Assembly: GCA_964434195.1 (NCBI GenBank)
Contig: CAYSUI010000001.1
Location: forward strand, 79,833 to 143,832
Length of the DNA: 64,000 bases
Reading direction: 5' to 3'
Source: an uncultured Candidatus Saccharibacteria bacterium
Lineage (GTDB): Bacteria; Patescibacteriota; Doudnabacteria; UBA920
The translations under genes and the position numbers were made by a program. Of this stretch, positions 1 to 9,259 are shown piece after piece (the first letter of the stretch is position 1; every line of letters starts with the position of its first letter). The notes beneath the pieces were generated by a model that saw only the letters and a list, made by a program, of their open reading frames with translations, was not told the DNA's origin and did not search any database.

Positions 1-93
1 TTCTTGAGACTAGCAAAGTTATTCAGGAATTTATCATGGAACTCCCAATTATAAAATAGCTATATTAGCTATTTTTTAATTAGGAATTTTGAG

Positions 94-119
94 AATAAAA
101 AAGACACGGATTCGTGTCT
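94..119 (-). terminator. Rho-independent terminator after the 121..1011 gene
   Basis: Hairpin gacacg-gatt-cgtgtc (103-118) flanked by an A-run on plus strand, i.e. a T-run on the minus strand immediately after the stop at 121-123. Confidence 0.55.
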
Positions 120-120
120 G

Positions 121-1011
121 TTATTTTTCGTAGTTTTCGACGAACTTGGGTCGGCCTTTTTTGGGTAAGGCTGAATTCCCCAGTTTTTCGATAACGATTT
201 GCTCTAAAGCCAGAATGTAAGTGGCCGCGTCTTGCTTCTCTTTTTCTTGAGCGGAGATAGTTGCGTCGCGTTGCTTACACCCACCACACTGAACGTTCAC
301 GGTAACAAAATCTCTCTTGAGATGTGGGGTAATTGTCTGCCCAGAACTTGCTTTACCAATCCTCCTAACCCGCACCACACCAACAGGCTCGATTTTCTTG
401 GCTCGTTTGTGAACGTCGATATCTTCGTGGGGTTTTGCTGTTGGCACGACATAGCGACGATGGACATGGAAGTTTACAATTCTGTAGAAGTTTACTTTGT
501 CGTAAACAGAGTATTGACTACAGTAATCCCTGAAGATTGAGTTGTAGTCTTTCTTCCTCTCGTCTGAGTTATCTTGGTAGATCGAAACCTGCAAAGTCAT
601 ATAACTGAGCGCTTCGTCACCAATGAGTAAGAAAGTCTCTTTCTCGAACAAACTTACCAATAACTCCCACATTCCAAGCGTCTTGCCGTTTGGTAAGTCG
701 TAGTGGCTTAGGAAGTCGTCGAGAGAATTGAACTTGTAGTCAAGCCAAAAACTTCCACAGGTTTTGAGCTTATTAAATACGAATACGCTGTCGTACTTGT
801 ATGACAAACCTTTCTCTCTTTGCTTGAAAAGTTCGGCGAGTAAGTCTTTAACCTCACTCGGGAGCTTCATTCTGTCTAGCTCCAATGTGAATGGTGTTCG
901 CCTGAGTGAGAGCCTTAGCTTGTCTTGAGGTTTTTGGTCGGAATGAACAATTCCGGGGATTCCCGCTGACCTTCTTTTTTCCGCGAATACTGTGAATACT
1001 TGTGCTTCCAA
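121..1011 (-). CDS. hypothetical protein, no recognisable motif; higher GC than surroundings
   Basis: 296-aa ORF, 12 nt downstream of the co-directional 1024..2064 ORF, so likely an operon. Own terminator. No family recognised by eye. Confidence 0.5.
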   Translation of the reverse strand: MEAQVFTVFAEKRRSAGIPGIVHSDQKPQDKLRLSLRRTPFTLELDRMKLPSEVKDLLAELFKQREKGLSYKYDSVFVFNKLKTCGSFWLDYKFNSLDDFLSHYDLPNGKTLGMWELLVSLFEKETFLLIGDEALSYMTLQVSIYQDNSDERKKDYNSIFRDYCSQYSVYDKVNFYRIVNFHVHRRYVVPTAKPHEDIDVHKRAKKIEPVGVVRVRRIGKASSGQTITPHLKRDFVTVNVQCGGCKQRDATISAQEKEKQDAATYILALEQIVIEKLGNSALPKKGRPKFVENYEK

Positions 1012-1023
1012 TTTGATCTCCTT

Positions 1024-2064
1024 TTAGATTGCTTCGAGGTTGTGTTGTTTCAAGACTTTTAACCTGTCTTGGTTTTTTTTAGCGAGATATAACGTTATGG
1101 CTTTTTGGTGCTTACCGCACACATGCCACTGACTGGTTTCTTCTTTGCTTACTTCACACCCAGGCACTGCGCATTTGGTCTCAGTCCAGCCCTTACAGAA
1201 CCGTAAGAATTCTGGAGAGTATTTGGACTTACTGTCTGAATGGTACTGCTGGTAGAAATGTGCGTGTTTTCTTGTGCAGAAATAATTTTGTTGCTTCCCT
1301 ACCCTAACTTTGGGGATGTCGAATTCTTCCCCGCAGAGAGAACACCTTACTTCTACCCTACTTCCGGACTTTACTGCGAGCTCTTGTCGGTTTAAATTGT
1401 GAAGAGCTTTTTTTCTTGATTCAGAACGATTCCATTCCGTTTTTTTATGTAAGTCGCAAGCAATACAGAAAGTGTCCCAACTGTAATTTCTATGGTCTTC
1501 TAGTTCCATAGTTTTACCACAGGAAAGACAGAATTCCAGATCGACGACTTTGCCACCCAAAGTTTCCGCCTTTTCCCTGAGTTGCCTTAACCATAAATAG
1601 ACTGTTTCGAGGGTTGAGTCACAGTAAACTGCAATGTGACCGTTTGAAGAGAAGCAGAATTTACCGCTTCTGTGAATTGTAAAATCGAAAGTTAGAACCA
1701 GGAAATCTTCCAGTCTTTCAGGTGCATGGAAACTCGGTTTACAGACAATATTTCCGGAAGGGAATTTTCCGTAACGTGGTTTCCATAACTGTCCAAACAC
1801 TTCTGGGTTTTGTAGGTCGAGCCTTGAAAGCCGAAGCGTTGGCGCGTCGCTATAGGAGAGGAAATGCTGATTCCCTTGTTCGTCTACAACAATTATGGAA
1901 GGTGTGCTGTTGAAGAACGGGAGAATATTCAGAGCATCTGGATCGTTATCTGCATTAGCCCTGATTTCTTTAATAGTATCTTCCTTACCCTTAAGCAGTT
2001 TCCAGACAGCGACTTGATCACAGCCTGGTTCACCTAAGAGATAAACTTTAGTACTGTCATTCAT
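1024..2064 (-). CDS. hypothetical Cys-rich protein with multiple CxxC pairs (putative multi-zinc-ribbon)
   Basis: 346-aa ORF. Pairs CLSCG..CIAC, CSLCG..C, CAVPGC..CGKH suggest several Zn-ribbon modules. Higher GC by eye. No catalytic motif recognised. Confidence 0.5.
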   Translation of the reverse strand: MNDSTKVYLLGEPGCDQVAVWKLLKGKEDTIKEIRANADNDPDALNILPFFNSTPSIIVVDEQGNQHFLSYSDAPTLRLSRLDLQNPEVFGQLWKPRYGKFPSGNIVCKPSFHAPERLEDFLVLTFDFTIHRSGKFCFSSNGHIAVYCDSTLETVYLWLRQLREKAETLGGKVVDLEFCLSCGKTMELEDHRNYSWDTFCIACDLHKKTEWNRSESRKKALHNLNRQELAVKSGSRVEVRCSLCGEEFDIPKVRVGKQQNYFCTRKHAHFYQQYHSDSKSKYSPEFLRFCKGWTETKCAVPGCEVSKEETSQWHVCGKHQKAITLYLAKKNQDRLKVLKQHNLEAI

Positions 2065-3056
2065 AGATTACCCCCTTTTGAAATGCTTTGTATTTATACC
2101 CGTTTGTCTCGGAATTGTCTATAATAAACAAAAGACTCCGCTGATGGCGGAGCCTTGATTTCTATTTGATACCCCACTCACAAGTGTAAGGTAACAGGCA
2201 TACGCCTATAAACCTTAACTTGGTGCTAATAGCAATCAGTAGGAGGGATCATGACTGCTTTCGCGACTTGCAAGTAGGGTGCCAAATAGAAACTGTGTTA
2301 AAAAATTACCCTTGAATTTATACCTCATTTTACTCTGATTTTGCTTTTTTGTCAATACCCATAAAAAAATAGAGTAAATACTCTATAAAATAGCCAAAAA
2401 TAGCGGTCGAGCGGTTTTTATACCGAGGGGAGCCACCCCACCTAGAACACAGGCTTTTAGCGGCTTATTAGCCTAGCATCGAGCTCGAGCGTGCTGGTGC
2501 CTGCGTCACATCCTTTAGTAACTTCTAGAGCTCCACTCTCTATTGTCTAACAACTCACATGCAGTGAGGAAGTACTAATTTTATCGGTAATCATCCCTAC
2601 TAATTATTAGTTTGGCGCCTCCGTTAAATTTTATACGTCTCCTAAGGGAAATACACCTCACACAATGCGAGGCTTCGGTGCCTTGTTGTTATATACCGAA
2701 TTCAGGCTCCCTAAAAGGGAATAGATAATTAAAACCCGTAGCCGCAGCTTGGGTTTATGGCCTCTGTCTTAACCGACGGGATTCTCGACCACAACCATAT
2801 TATACCTTCAAGCAACGGGATTGTATATTTTACTCCATCTTTCGTATTTTTTTGCTCTTTTTTTCTCCACCGGAGGGAGCACCCTTTATACCAGAACCGG
2901 CAAAGCCGGATTCTCGATATAAAGGGTTCGCTATTTACCCTGCCGCGTACGCCTCCAAAAAAAAGAACAAAAGAAATACGAAATCTGAAGAAAAATCTGC
3001 AATCGAACTTATATGAATATTAGAGAGTTGCGAGTTTTTGGGGGTGAGGGTATTGT
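2065..3056. other. ORF-free, GC-richer ~1-kb region with recurring TTTATACC octamer and AT-rich tracts; candidate structured ncRNA and/or regulatory or iteron-like array
   Basis: No ORF >60 aa except a low-complexity 88-aa frame. Exact TTTATACC at 2093, 2317, 2417 and 2885, with variants at 2629, 2690 and 2799. AT-rich tracts at 2833-2872 and 2954-3003. Divergent genes on both sides. Confidence 0.3.
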
Positions 3057-4136
3057 TTGGGCATGGAAATGGATATTTACAGACATATATTATATAGAGT
3101 AAATGAGTGGCGAGGAGCAGTTTTGGAAAAACTCATCTCTAAATTCGGAAACGAGCTATCGGTTTTGAAGGCTGATAAAAAAGCTTTAGTAGATTTTGGA
3201 TTAAGTGAGTTACTGGCTATTAGAATATCGGATGCTTTATCTAAATTTGAACCTGAGACTGAGCAAAACTTACTTAATAATCAGGGAATAAAAATTTTAT
3301 CTCCAAGCAATCCCAACTTCCCAACCCTACTGAGACAAGTAGATGATTCACCTGGGATACTCTATTACCGTGGAGATATCTCTATTTTGAGCAAGAGGTG
3401 TTTATCCGTAGTTGGCTCAAGAAGAGTGAGTGGTTATGGGCAAAGTGCTATGCAGAAAATATTTCCTCAGGTTGTCAAAAGTGAAATTGTTACTGTATCT
3501 GGCCTAGCTTATGGTGTAGATGGATTAATCGCAAAAATAGCTGTTGAAAACAAATTTCCAACAGTAGCTGTACTCGGAGGAGGTATAGACAAAAATAGCA
3601 TTTATCCTAAAACTCATGTATTACTTTCGGAAAGGATAATAGAAAATTGTGGATGCTTAGTTTCTGAATACCCACCTGGTACTCCCCCGCTCCCCCATCA
3701 TTTCGTAGCCAGAAATAGAATAATAGCCGGACTAAGCGAAGCTACCTTAGTAGTTGAAGCAGCCCAGAAAAGTGGCTCTCTAATTACAACAGATTTTGCT
3801 TTAAGTAACGGGAGAGATGTTCTTGCTATACCGAGCCCAATTACTAATGAAAATTCCGAAGGCAGTAACAAACTCATAAAGGATGGTGCGCGTGTGGTGA
3901 CATGTGCTCAAGATATACTTGAGATATATGGTATAGTAGAATCACAAGAAAATTCGCATGTACTTAACAAAATAGAAAGCGAATTGTTTGAAATAATCTC
4001 TAATCAACCCACAGAAGTGGACACCTTAATAGAACAATCTGGTTATAACTTTTCGGAAGTGCTTACTACAATAACTAATTTGGAGTTAATAAAATTAATT
4101 AAAAAACTACCAACTGGCGAATATATAAAAGTATGA
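3057..4136 (+). CDS. dprA: DNA processing protein DprA (Smf)
   Basis: Rossmann-like DprA core (SVVGSRRVSGYG...GLAYGVDGLIAKIA...LIT). Track start is TTG. An ATG at 3063 is an alternative start. Confidence 0.75.
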   Translation: MGMEMDIYRHILYRVNEWRGAVLEKLISKFGNELSVLKADKKALVDFGLSELLAIRISDALSKFEPETEQNLLNNQGIKILSPSNPNFPTLLRQVDDSPGILYYRGDISILSKRCLSVVGSRRVSGYGQSAMQKIFPQVVKSEIVTVSGLAYGVDGLIAKIAVENKFPTVAVLGGGIDKNSIYPKTHVLLSERIIENCGCLVSEYPPGTPPLPHHFVARNRIIAGLSEATLVVEAAQKSGSLITTDFALSNGRDVLAIPSPITNENSEGSNKLIKDGARVVTCAQDILEIYGIVESQENSHVLNKIESELFEIISNQPTEVDTLIEQSGYNFSEVLTTITNLELIKLIKKLPTGEYIKV

Positions 4137-5305
4137 ACGCTAAAAAAATAATACCGATTATTATCGGGATACTCTTTGCACTTGCAATTGCATTTGGCCT
4201 GATTCAAAGAAATAATAGTCCAGAACTTGAAAGCTTAAAGGCTTCACCGCAGCTTACAAGCCAGACAACCAATGGATCGTTTAACGATATTTTCCATACT
4301 GCGGAGAGTTTAAAAAATCAACAAGAGCAGGGAGTTCTCGCCACTACGTTTATTGCGGGTGGCGATATTAGTTTGTCTAGAAATATTGCTTATGTTATAG
4401 ACCAGAAAAAAGATCCATTAATTCCATTTTCTGGTGTAGCCAACCTATTATCATCAACTGATTTTAATTTCGCCAACCTGGAAACTCCATTTTCTAATTC
4501 TGATTTTTATACCCCTAAAAATACGCTAGTATTTAATGCACCGAAAAAAAATATTGAGGGGTTGGTGAAATACAATTTCAAAATAGTTAATCTTGCGAAT
4601 AATCATGCATTTGATCAGGGATTAATTGGTTTAAAGACAACGAGAGATTGGTTGGATAAAAATAATATTGCCCATATAGGAACCGGGGAAACTCTTACGG
4701 AAGCTAACACACCAAAAGTAGTCACGAGCAATGGAATAAGGATATTATTTATGGGATTTTCTTATTCTTCTATTAATGACGGAGGTAAAGCAAGAAATAA
4801 CTATGTAGCTCGTATGGAAGATTTTGTTGAGGATGTAAAATCTGGCAGTAATCCGGTGAGTTTCTGGAAAAAAGAGTTGGGAGCAGACTATGCGGTAGTA
4901 ACCATGCACGGTGGGATTGAATATACCAGACAACCAGATAAACTACAGACTGAGTTTGCAAGAAGCGCTATTGATGCCGGTGCGGATATGGTTATAGGCG
5001 CTCACCCACACTGGGTTCAAACAATAGAGAAATACAATGGAAGATATATATTTTATTCACTGGGAAATTTTATATTTGATCAAAATTGGAGCAAGGAAAC
5101 CTCTGAGGGGTTACTTTTAAAAATCAGCTTGAATAAAAAGCCTGTCTCAGAATTACAAGGCAACCCGGTTAATGCCCAACTCAAAGAAGTAGAACTGATA
5201 CCAATAATAATAGAGAACAACTCAACACCTAGACCAGCGAATGAGAAAGAGAGAATTGAAATATTAAAAAAAATAAAAATGGATACAAATAAACTGTATC
5301 CTTAA
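4133..5305 (+). CDS. CapA-family (poly-gamma-glutamate synthesis-like) metallophosphoesterase, membrane-anchored
   Basis: N-terminal transmembrane (TM) helix. Calcineurin-like phosphoesterase motifs (GGDISL, NLANNH, MHGGIEY, GAHPHWVQ) typical of the CapA/PgsA family. Confidence 0.7.
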   Translation: MNAKKIIPIIIGILFALAIAFGLIQRNNSPELESLKASPQLTSQTTNGSFNDIFHTAESLKNQQEQGVLATTFIAGGDISLSRNIAYVIDQKKDPLIPFSGVANLLSSTDFNFANLETPFSNSDFYTPKNTLVFNAPKKNIEGLVKYNFKIVNLANNHAFDQGLIGLKTTRDWLDKNNIAHIGTGETLTEANTPKVVTSNGIRILFMGFSYSSINDGGKARNNYVARMEDFVEDVKSGSNPVSFWKKELGADYAVVTMHGGIEYTRQPDKLQTEFARSAIDAGADMVIGAHPHWVQTIEKYNGRYIFYSLGNFIFDQNWSKETSEGLLLKISLNKKPVSELQGNPVNAQLKEVELIPIIIENNSTPRPANEKERIEILKKIKMDTNKLYP

Positions 5306-5593
5306 TTAACTTAACCAGGGATTTCTTGACCTTTGGGATTTTTCTGGAAGAACAAACCAGAAGAGGAAAATTGAAAAGAATATACAAATTGATCCCATAA
5401 GTAATGCACAAAAAAAATGGATTAATACAATTCCAATAGATTGTGCGATAACAATGGTTTTCACTAAAGCATTAGCTCCTGCAAAAATCATTAAAAAAGC
5501 CAATAACCAACACACAATTGAAAAAAGCCTAGATCCTAATTTCATATAGGGCCTCCGTGAAATTACTTTCAGAAATACTGATGAAGTTATCAC
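5306..5593 (-). CDS. small hydrophobic membrane protein (hypothetical)
   Basis: 95-aa ORF with two or three predicted TM helices. No homology recognised. Confidence 0.3.
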   Translation of the reverse strand: MITSSVFLKVISRRPYMKLGSRLFSIVCWLLAFLMIFAGANALVKTIVIAQSIGIVLIHFFCALLMGSICIFFSIFLFWFVLPEKSQRSRNPWLS

Positions 5594-5707
5594 AATAAAT
5601 AAAAAGTTTCAATAGAGCTTATTTGACAACACGTGAACCCGTATGTAGAATCTGTTTTGTTACTTAAATAAGTCGCAGTATACTTACAACATATATAAAA
5701 TATCTTA

Positions 5708-7993
5708 ATGTCTAAACCATTAATAATAGTAGAGTCTCCTACAAAAGCTAAAACAATTTCTAGATTCCTTTCGGGCCATTATGACGTAGAGGCGTCTTTT
5801 GGTCATGTAAGAGACCTACCTAAGAGTAAAATGGGTATAGATATAGAGCATAATTTTACCCCAACTTATACCATACCAACCAAGGCCAAGGAAACAATTA
5901 AGAATCTTAAAGCTAAAGCCAAAAATGCCTCTGAAATCATTCTCGCGACTGATGAAGACCGCGAAGGAGAAGCTATTTCTTGGCATTTAGTACAAGCGCT
6001 TGGATTAGGTGATGAAAAGGAAATAAATTCTGGAAAAGCAGACAAGCGAATAAAAAGAATAGTCTTTCATGAAATAACTAAAACTGCGATAGATCACGCG
6101 TTAAAAAACCCAAGAGAACTTGACTTAAATCTAGTAGACGCTCAGCAAGCCAGAAGAATCCTAGATAGACTTGTAGGCTATGAACTGTCTCCTTTCCTAT
6201 GGAAGAAAATTCGTTATGGTCTTTCTGCTGGCCGCGTACAAAGCGTAGCTGTGCGATTAATAGTAGAAAGAGAAAGAGAAATAGAAAAATTTGTATCGGA
6301 AGAATATTGGAGCATAGAAGCAGATCTTTCTAAAATTGGACAGAAACAAACTTTTACAGCAAAGCTCATAAAAATTGCCGACAGAAGCGTAGGCAAAATG
6401 GATATTAAAAATGAAACTGAATCGAAGGAAATTGTTAAAGATCTAGAAGGTGCTAGTTATACAGTAAAGGAAATTACTAAAAAGGAAGTAAGGAGAAATC
6501 CTTCTCCCCCATTCACAACCAGCACACTCCAACAGGAAGCTGCTAGAAAATTTGGCATGAGCGCAAAGCAAACTATGGTTATCGCTCAGCAATTATATGA
6601 AGGTATCCATTTACCTGGTGAAGGTGGTAGCACTGGTCTTATAACATATATGCGTACGGATAGTGTAAATATTGCTAAGACCGCGCTTGATCAGGCCAGG
6701 GAATTAATACTTTCAGAATTTGGTAATGACTATACTCTGACAGAACCAAGATTGTTTGCGAATAAGAGTAAGGGCGCACAAGAAGCCCATGAAGCAATTA
6801 GACCTACGGATCTTTTCAGAAAACCAGAGAGTGTAAAAGAGCATTTAGATAAAAACCAATATAAGATTTACGACCTTATCTGGAAAAGAACTATCGCATG
6901 CCAAATGACTAATGCTGTTTTGGACCATACGAGCGTAGATATTTCTGCAGATAAAGAGACTCGTAATTTTACTTTTAGAGCGAATGGTCAGGTAGTGAAA
7001 TTCGATGGATTTATTCGTGCATACACTGAAGGAACTGACGAAAAGAGTGAGGATGAGATAGAAGGAGCACTACCTGAACTCAGCGAAAATGAGAAACTCA
7101 ATCTACAAGAGCTAAAACCCTTACAACATTTTACTGAACCCCCACCAAGGTACAGTGATGCCACACTTATTAAAGCATTGGAAGCTCATGGTGTCGGCAG
7201 ACCTTCTACTTATGCACCTACATTAACTACAATTCAAGACCGAGGATACGCAGTCAAAGAAGACAAAAAGTATAGACCTACAGACGAAGGTGTACTTGTG
7301 AATGATATGTTAGTGGAAAACTTTCCAGAAATTGTGGATATTAACTTTACTTCACATATAGAAGAAGGTTTTGACGATATAGCTGAAGGAAAACAAAAGT
7401 GGGAACCAGTTATTGCAGAATTTTATACACCTTTTAAAGCTCATTTAATAGAAAAGGAAGCAACTGTTGAGAAGCAAATCAAGGAATCAACCACTCCTTG
7501 TCCACATTGTGGTAAGATGATGCTCATAAAGTTTGGTCGCATGGGTCAATTTTTAGCCTGCCCGGACCCTGAAAGCAAAATTACCCAACCTATGCCTGAA
7601 GAGGCGGCAAAAATAGCCGAACTAACAGATAAGACTAAAGGTGAGATTTGCCCTATTTGTTCTAAACCTATGGAAGTGAAACGTGGTAGATTTGGATATT
7701 TTCTTGGTTGCACAGATTACCCAAAATGCAAAGGTATTTCCAAAATTTGGAATAAACTTGGTTTTAAATGTCCTAATTGCCCTAACGTTGGCATTAACCC
7801 ACCCGGGGATATTGTAGAAAAAAAAGCGAGAGGCAGAGGTAAACCATTTTATGCATGTACTAAATACCCTGAATGTACGCTTATAATGAATAAGAAACCT
7901 GAAAGTGTAACCGAACTTCAGGAGTTATATGAGAATTGGAAGACAAATCCCCCAAAAACCAAAAAAAACTATAAGAAAAAAACATCCGCGTAA
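5708..7993 (+). CDS. topA: DNA topoisomerase I
   Basis: N-terminal Toprim domain (IVESPTKAKTI...GHVRDLP), topoisomerase IA core, and C-terminal array of four C4 zinc ribbons (CPHCG, CPICS, CPNC, CTKYPEC). Confidence 0.95.
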   Translation: MSKPLIIVESPTKAKTISRFLSGHYDVEASFGHVRDLPKSKMGIDIEHNFTPTYTIPTKAKETIKNLKAKAKNASEIILATDEDREGEAISWHLVQALGLGDEKEINSGKADKRIKRIVFHEITKTAIDHALKNPRELDLNLVDAQQARRILDRLVGYELSPFLWKKIRYGLSAGRVQSVAVRLIVEREREIEKFVSEEYWSIEADLSKIGQKQTFTAKLIKIADRSVGKMDIKNETESKEIVKDLEGASYTVKEITKKEVRRNPSPPFTTSTLQQEAARKFGMSAKQTMVIAQQLYEGIHLPGEGGSTGLITYMRTDSVNIAKTALDQARELILSEFGNDYTLTEPRLFANKSKGAQEAHEAIRPTDLFRKPESVKEHLDKNQYKIYDLIWKRTIACQMTNAVLDHTSVDISADKETRNFTFRANGQVVKFDGFIRAYTEGTDEKSEDEIEGALPELSENEKLNLQELKPLQHFTEPPPRYSDATLIKALEAHGVGRPSTYAPTLTTIQDRGYAVKEDKKYRPTDEGVLVNDMLVENFPEIVDINFTSHIEEGFDDIAEGKQKWEPVIAEFYTPFKAHLIEKEATVEKQIKESTTPCPHCGKMMLIKFGRMGQFLACPDPESKITQPMPEEAAKIAELTDKTKGEICPICSKPMEVKRGRFGYFLGCTDYPKCKGISKIWNKLGFKCPNCPNVGINPPGDIVEKKARGRGKPFYACTKYPECTLIMNKKPESVTELQELYENWKTNPPKTKKNYKKKTSA

Positions 7994-8006
7994 TCGGATG
8001 TTTTTT
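7981..8006. terminator. bidirectional terminator between convergent topA and NDH-2 gene
   Basis: Hairpin catccg-cgtaat-cggatg (7983-8000) followed by TTTTTT. Overlaps the stops of both genes. Confidence 0.5.
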
Positions 8007-9231
8007 AATCGTTTCTGGAAAATATTTCATATTCGAATATTGTGAGCATTGCAGCCCTCCACCAACCAAGGAAGTCTTTAAAAAACCAAAAATGAGCACA
8101 CTGTTTTGCAAAATAAGCCAACCTACCTGTTACATACCAATTACCATGCTTCATGATCGCCCACTGCCCCCCGATCATTATGACGTACCCATGAGGGGGG
8201 CAATTATATGCTGGGGGTTTTTGATTTTTTAACAGTAGTGGAAATATTCTTCCTAGGTATTCTGCATGTCTTATTGCAGACTGCGCAGTGGGAGGACTAA
8301 CGATACCATCTTGAGAGGTGAAGCAACTATTATCACCAAGCACGTAGGCATTTGAATAATCTTTAATCTGAAAATATTCATTAACTTTTATACGCCCCTT
8401 AGGGTCAATCTCTGTTTTTTGCACTATTGGAACTTGAGTAGACTTAACCCCGGCTGCCCAAATGAGAACATCATAGGTCTCTCGTTCACCATTTTTAAGC
8501 TCAAAGATACCAGGATCCACTTTAGAAATCAGACTCATTAAGGAAATCCTAACCCCCAGATCTCTCAATCTTTCACTAGCGTCTCTGCTGAGCCTAGAAT
8601 CTAACCCAGGAATGAGCTCGCTGGCACCCTCGATAACCTGAATTTCAATTTTCTCTCTTGGAAAGCCATTTTTCCATGCAACATGATTAACTAGCTTTAC
8701 CAACTCGCCAGCGACCTCAACACCAGTATACCCACCCCCTGCCACTACAATCCTAACCAGCTTCTTCTTTACATCGCTTCTACCTCTTTGGACTGAAAAT
8801 TCCACTGCGTTTTTTATTCGTAACGCATCTTGGAAGGTTTTAAGAGGTAAAGCATTTTCTTTTGCTCCTGCAATTCCAAAGTATTCACTTTCTGAACCTA
8901 GAGCTAGGAAAATATGCTCATATTCAATACTCTTAGATTGCATACTTACTGTTTTCTTTTGTAAGTCTATGCTCTTAACCTCAGCTTCTATAAAATTTAC
9001 ACCTAAATTCTTAAGTACTTTTGAGAGACTAAACGAGACACTTTTTTTAAGATCTTCCTGTGTAACTAATTCTTCTTCGGCTGTGGCTACTTCGTATATT
9101 TCCGGTGTAAACAAAAAAAATTCGGTTCTGTTAACCAAAGTTATATCACTCCCCTTAAAAAACCTGGCTAGTCTTTTAGCCAGAGTAAGACCCGCAAAGC
9201 CCCCACCTATTATTAAATATTTGGTTTTCAT
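8005..9231 (-). CDS. type II NADH dehydrogenase-like FAD-dependent pyridine nucleotide-disulfide oxidoreductase
   Basis: Two dinucleotide-binding motifs: IIGGGFAGLTLA at the N-terminus and IVVAGGGYTGVEVAGE in the middle. NDH-2-like length of 408 aa. Confidence 0.75.
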   Translation of the reverse strand: MKTKYLIIGGGFAGLTLAKRLARFFKGSDITLVNRTEFFLFTPEIYEVATAEEELVTQEDLKKSVSFSLSKVLKNLGVNFIEAEVKSIDLQKKTVSMQSKSIEYEHIFLALGSESEYFGIAGAKENALPLKTFQDALRIKNAVEFSVQRGRSDVKKKLVRIVVAGGGYTGVEVAGELVKLVNHVAWKNGFPREKIEIQVIEGASELIPGLDSRLSRDASERLRDLGVRISLMSLISKVDPGIFELKNGERETYDVLIWAAGVKSTQVPIVQKTEIDPKGRIKVNEYFQIKDYSNAYVLGDNSCFTSQDGIVSPPTAQSAIRHAEYLGRIFPLLLKNQKPPAYNCPPHGYVIMIGGQWAIMKHGNWYVTGRLAYFAKQCAHFWFFKDFLGWWRAAMLTIFEYEIFSRND

Positions 9232-9259
9232 AGGTATTACTATATCTCCGAGAATAGGC

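Noticed and set aside
1-54. Possible C-terminal fragment of a plus-strand gene running in from upstream of the window (…FLRLAKLFRNLSWNSQL*)
   Set aside because: Only 17 codons are visible and there is no recognisable motif. It cannot be supported from this window.
2757-3023. 88-aa plus-strand ORF inside the non-coding region
   Set aside because: Low-complexity translation and no RBS. It overlaps motif and AT-rich tracts, so it is most likely a spurious frame in GC-rich non-coding DNA.
2065-3056. Possibility that the region is oriC (DnaA boxes plus AT-rich unwinding element)
   Set aside because: The recurrent octamer TTTATACC does not match the DnaA box TTATCCACA in its 3' half. No dnaA or dnaN is nearby. 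The AT-rich tracts are suggestive but insufficient, so this is kept only as a low-probability alternative within the finding.
2065-3056. Known large ncRNAs (RNase P RNA, tmRNA, SRP RNA, group I/II intron)
   Set aside because: No P4/GGAAAGTCCGG-type RNase P motifs were seen. No tmRNA tag-ORF with tRNA-like ends was found. No group II domain V consensus or catalytic triad helix was recognised by eye. Running a covariance-model search is still required.
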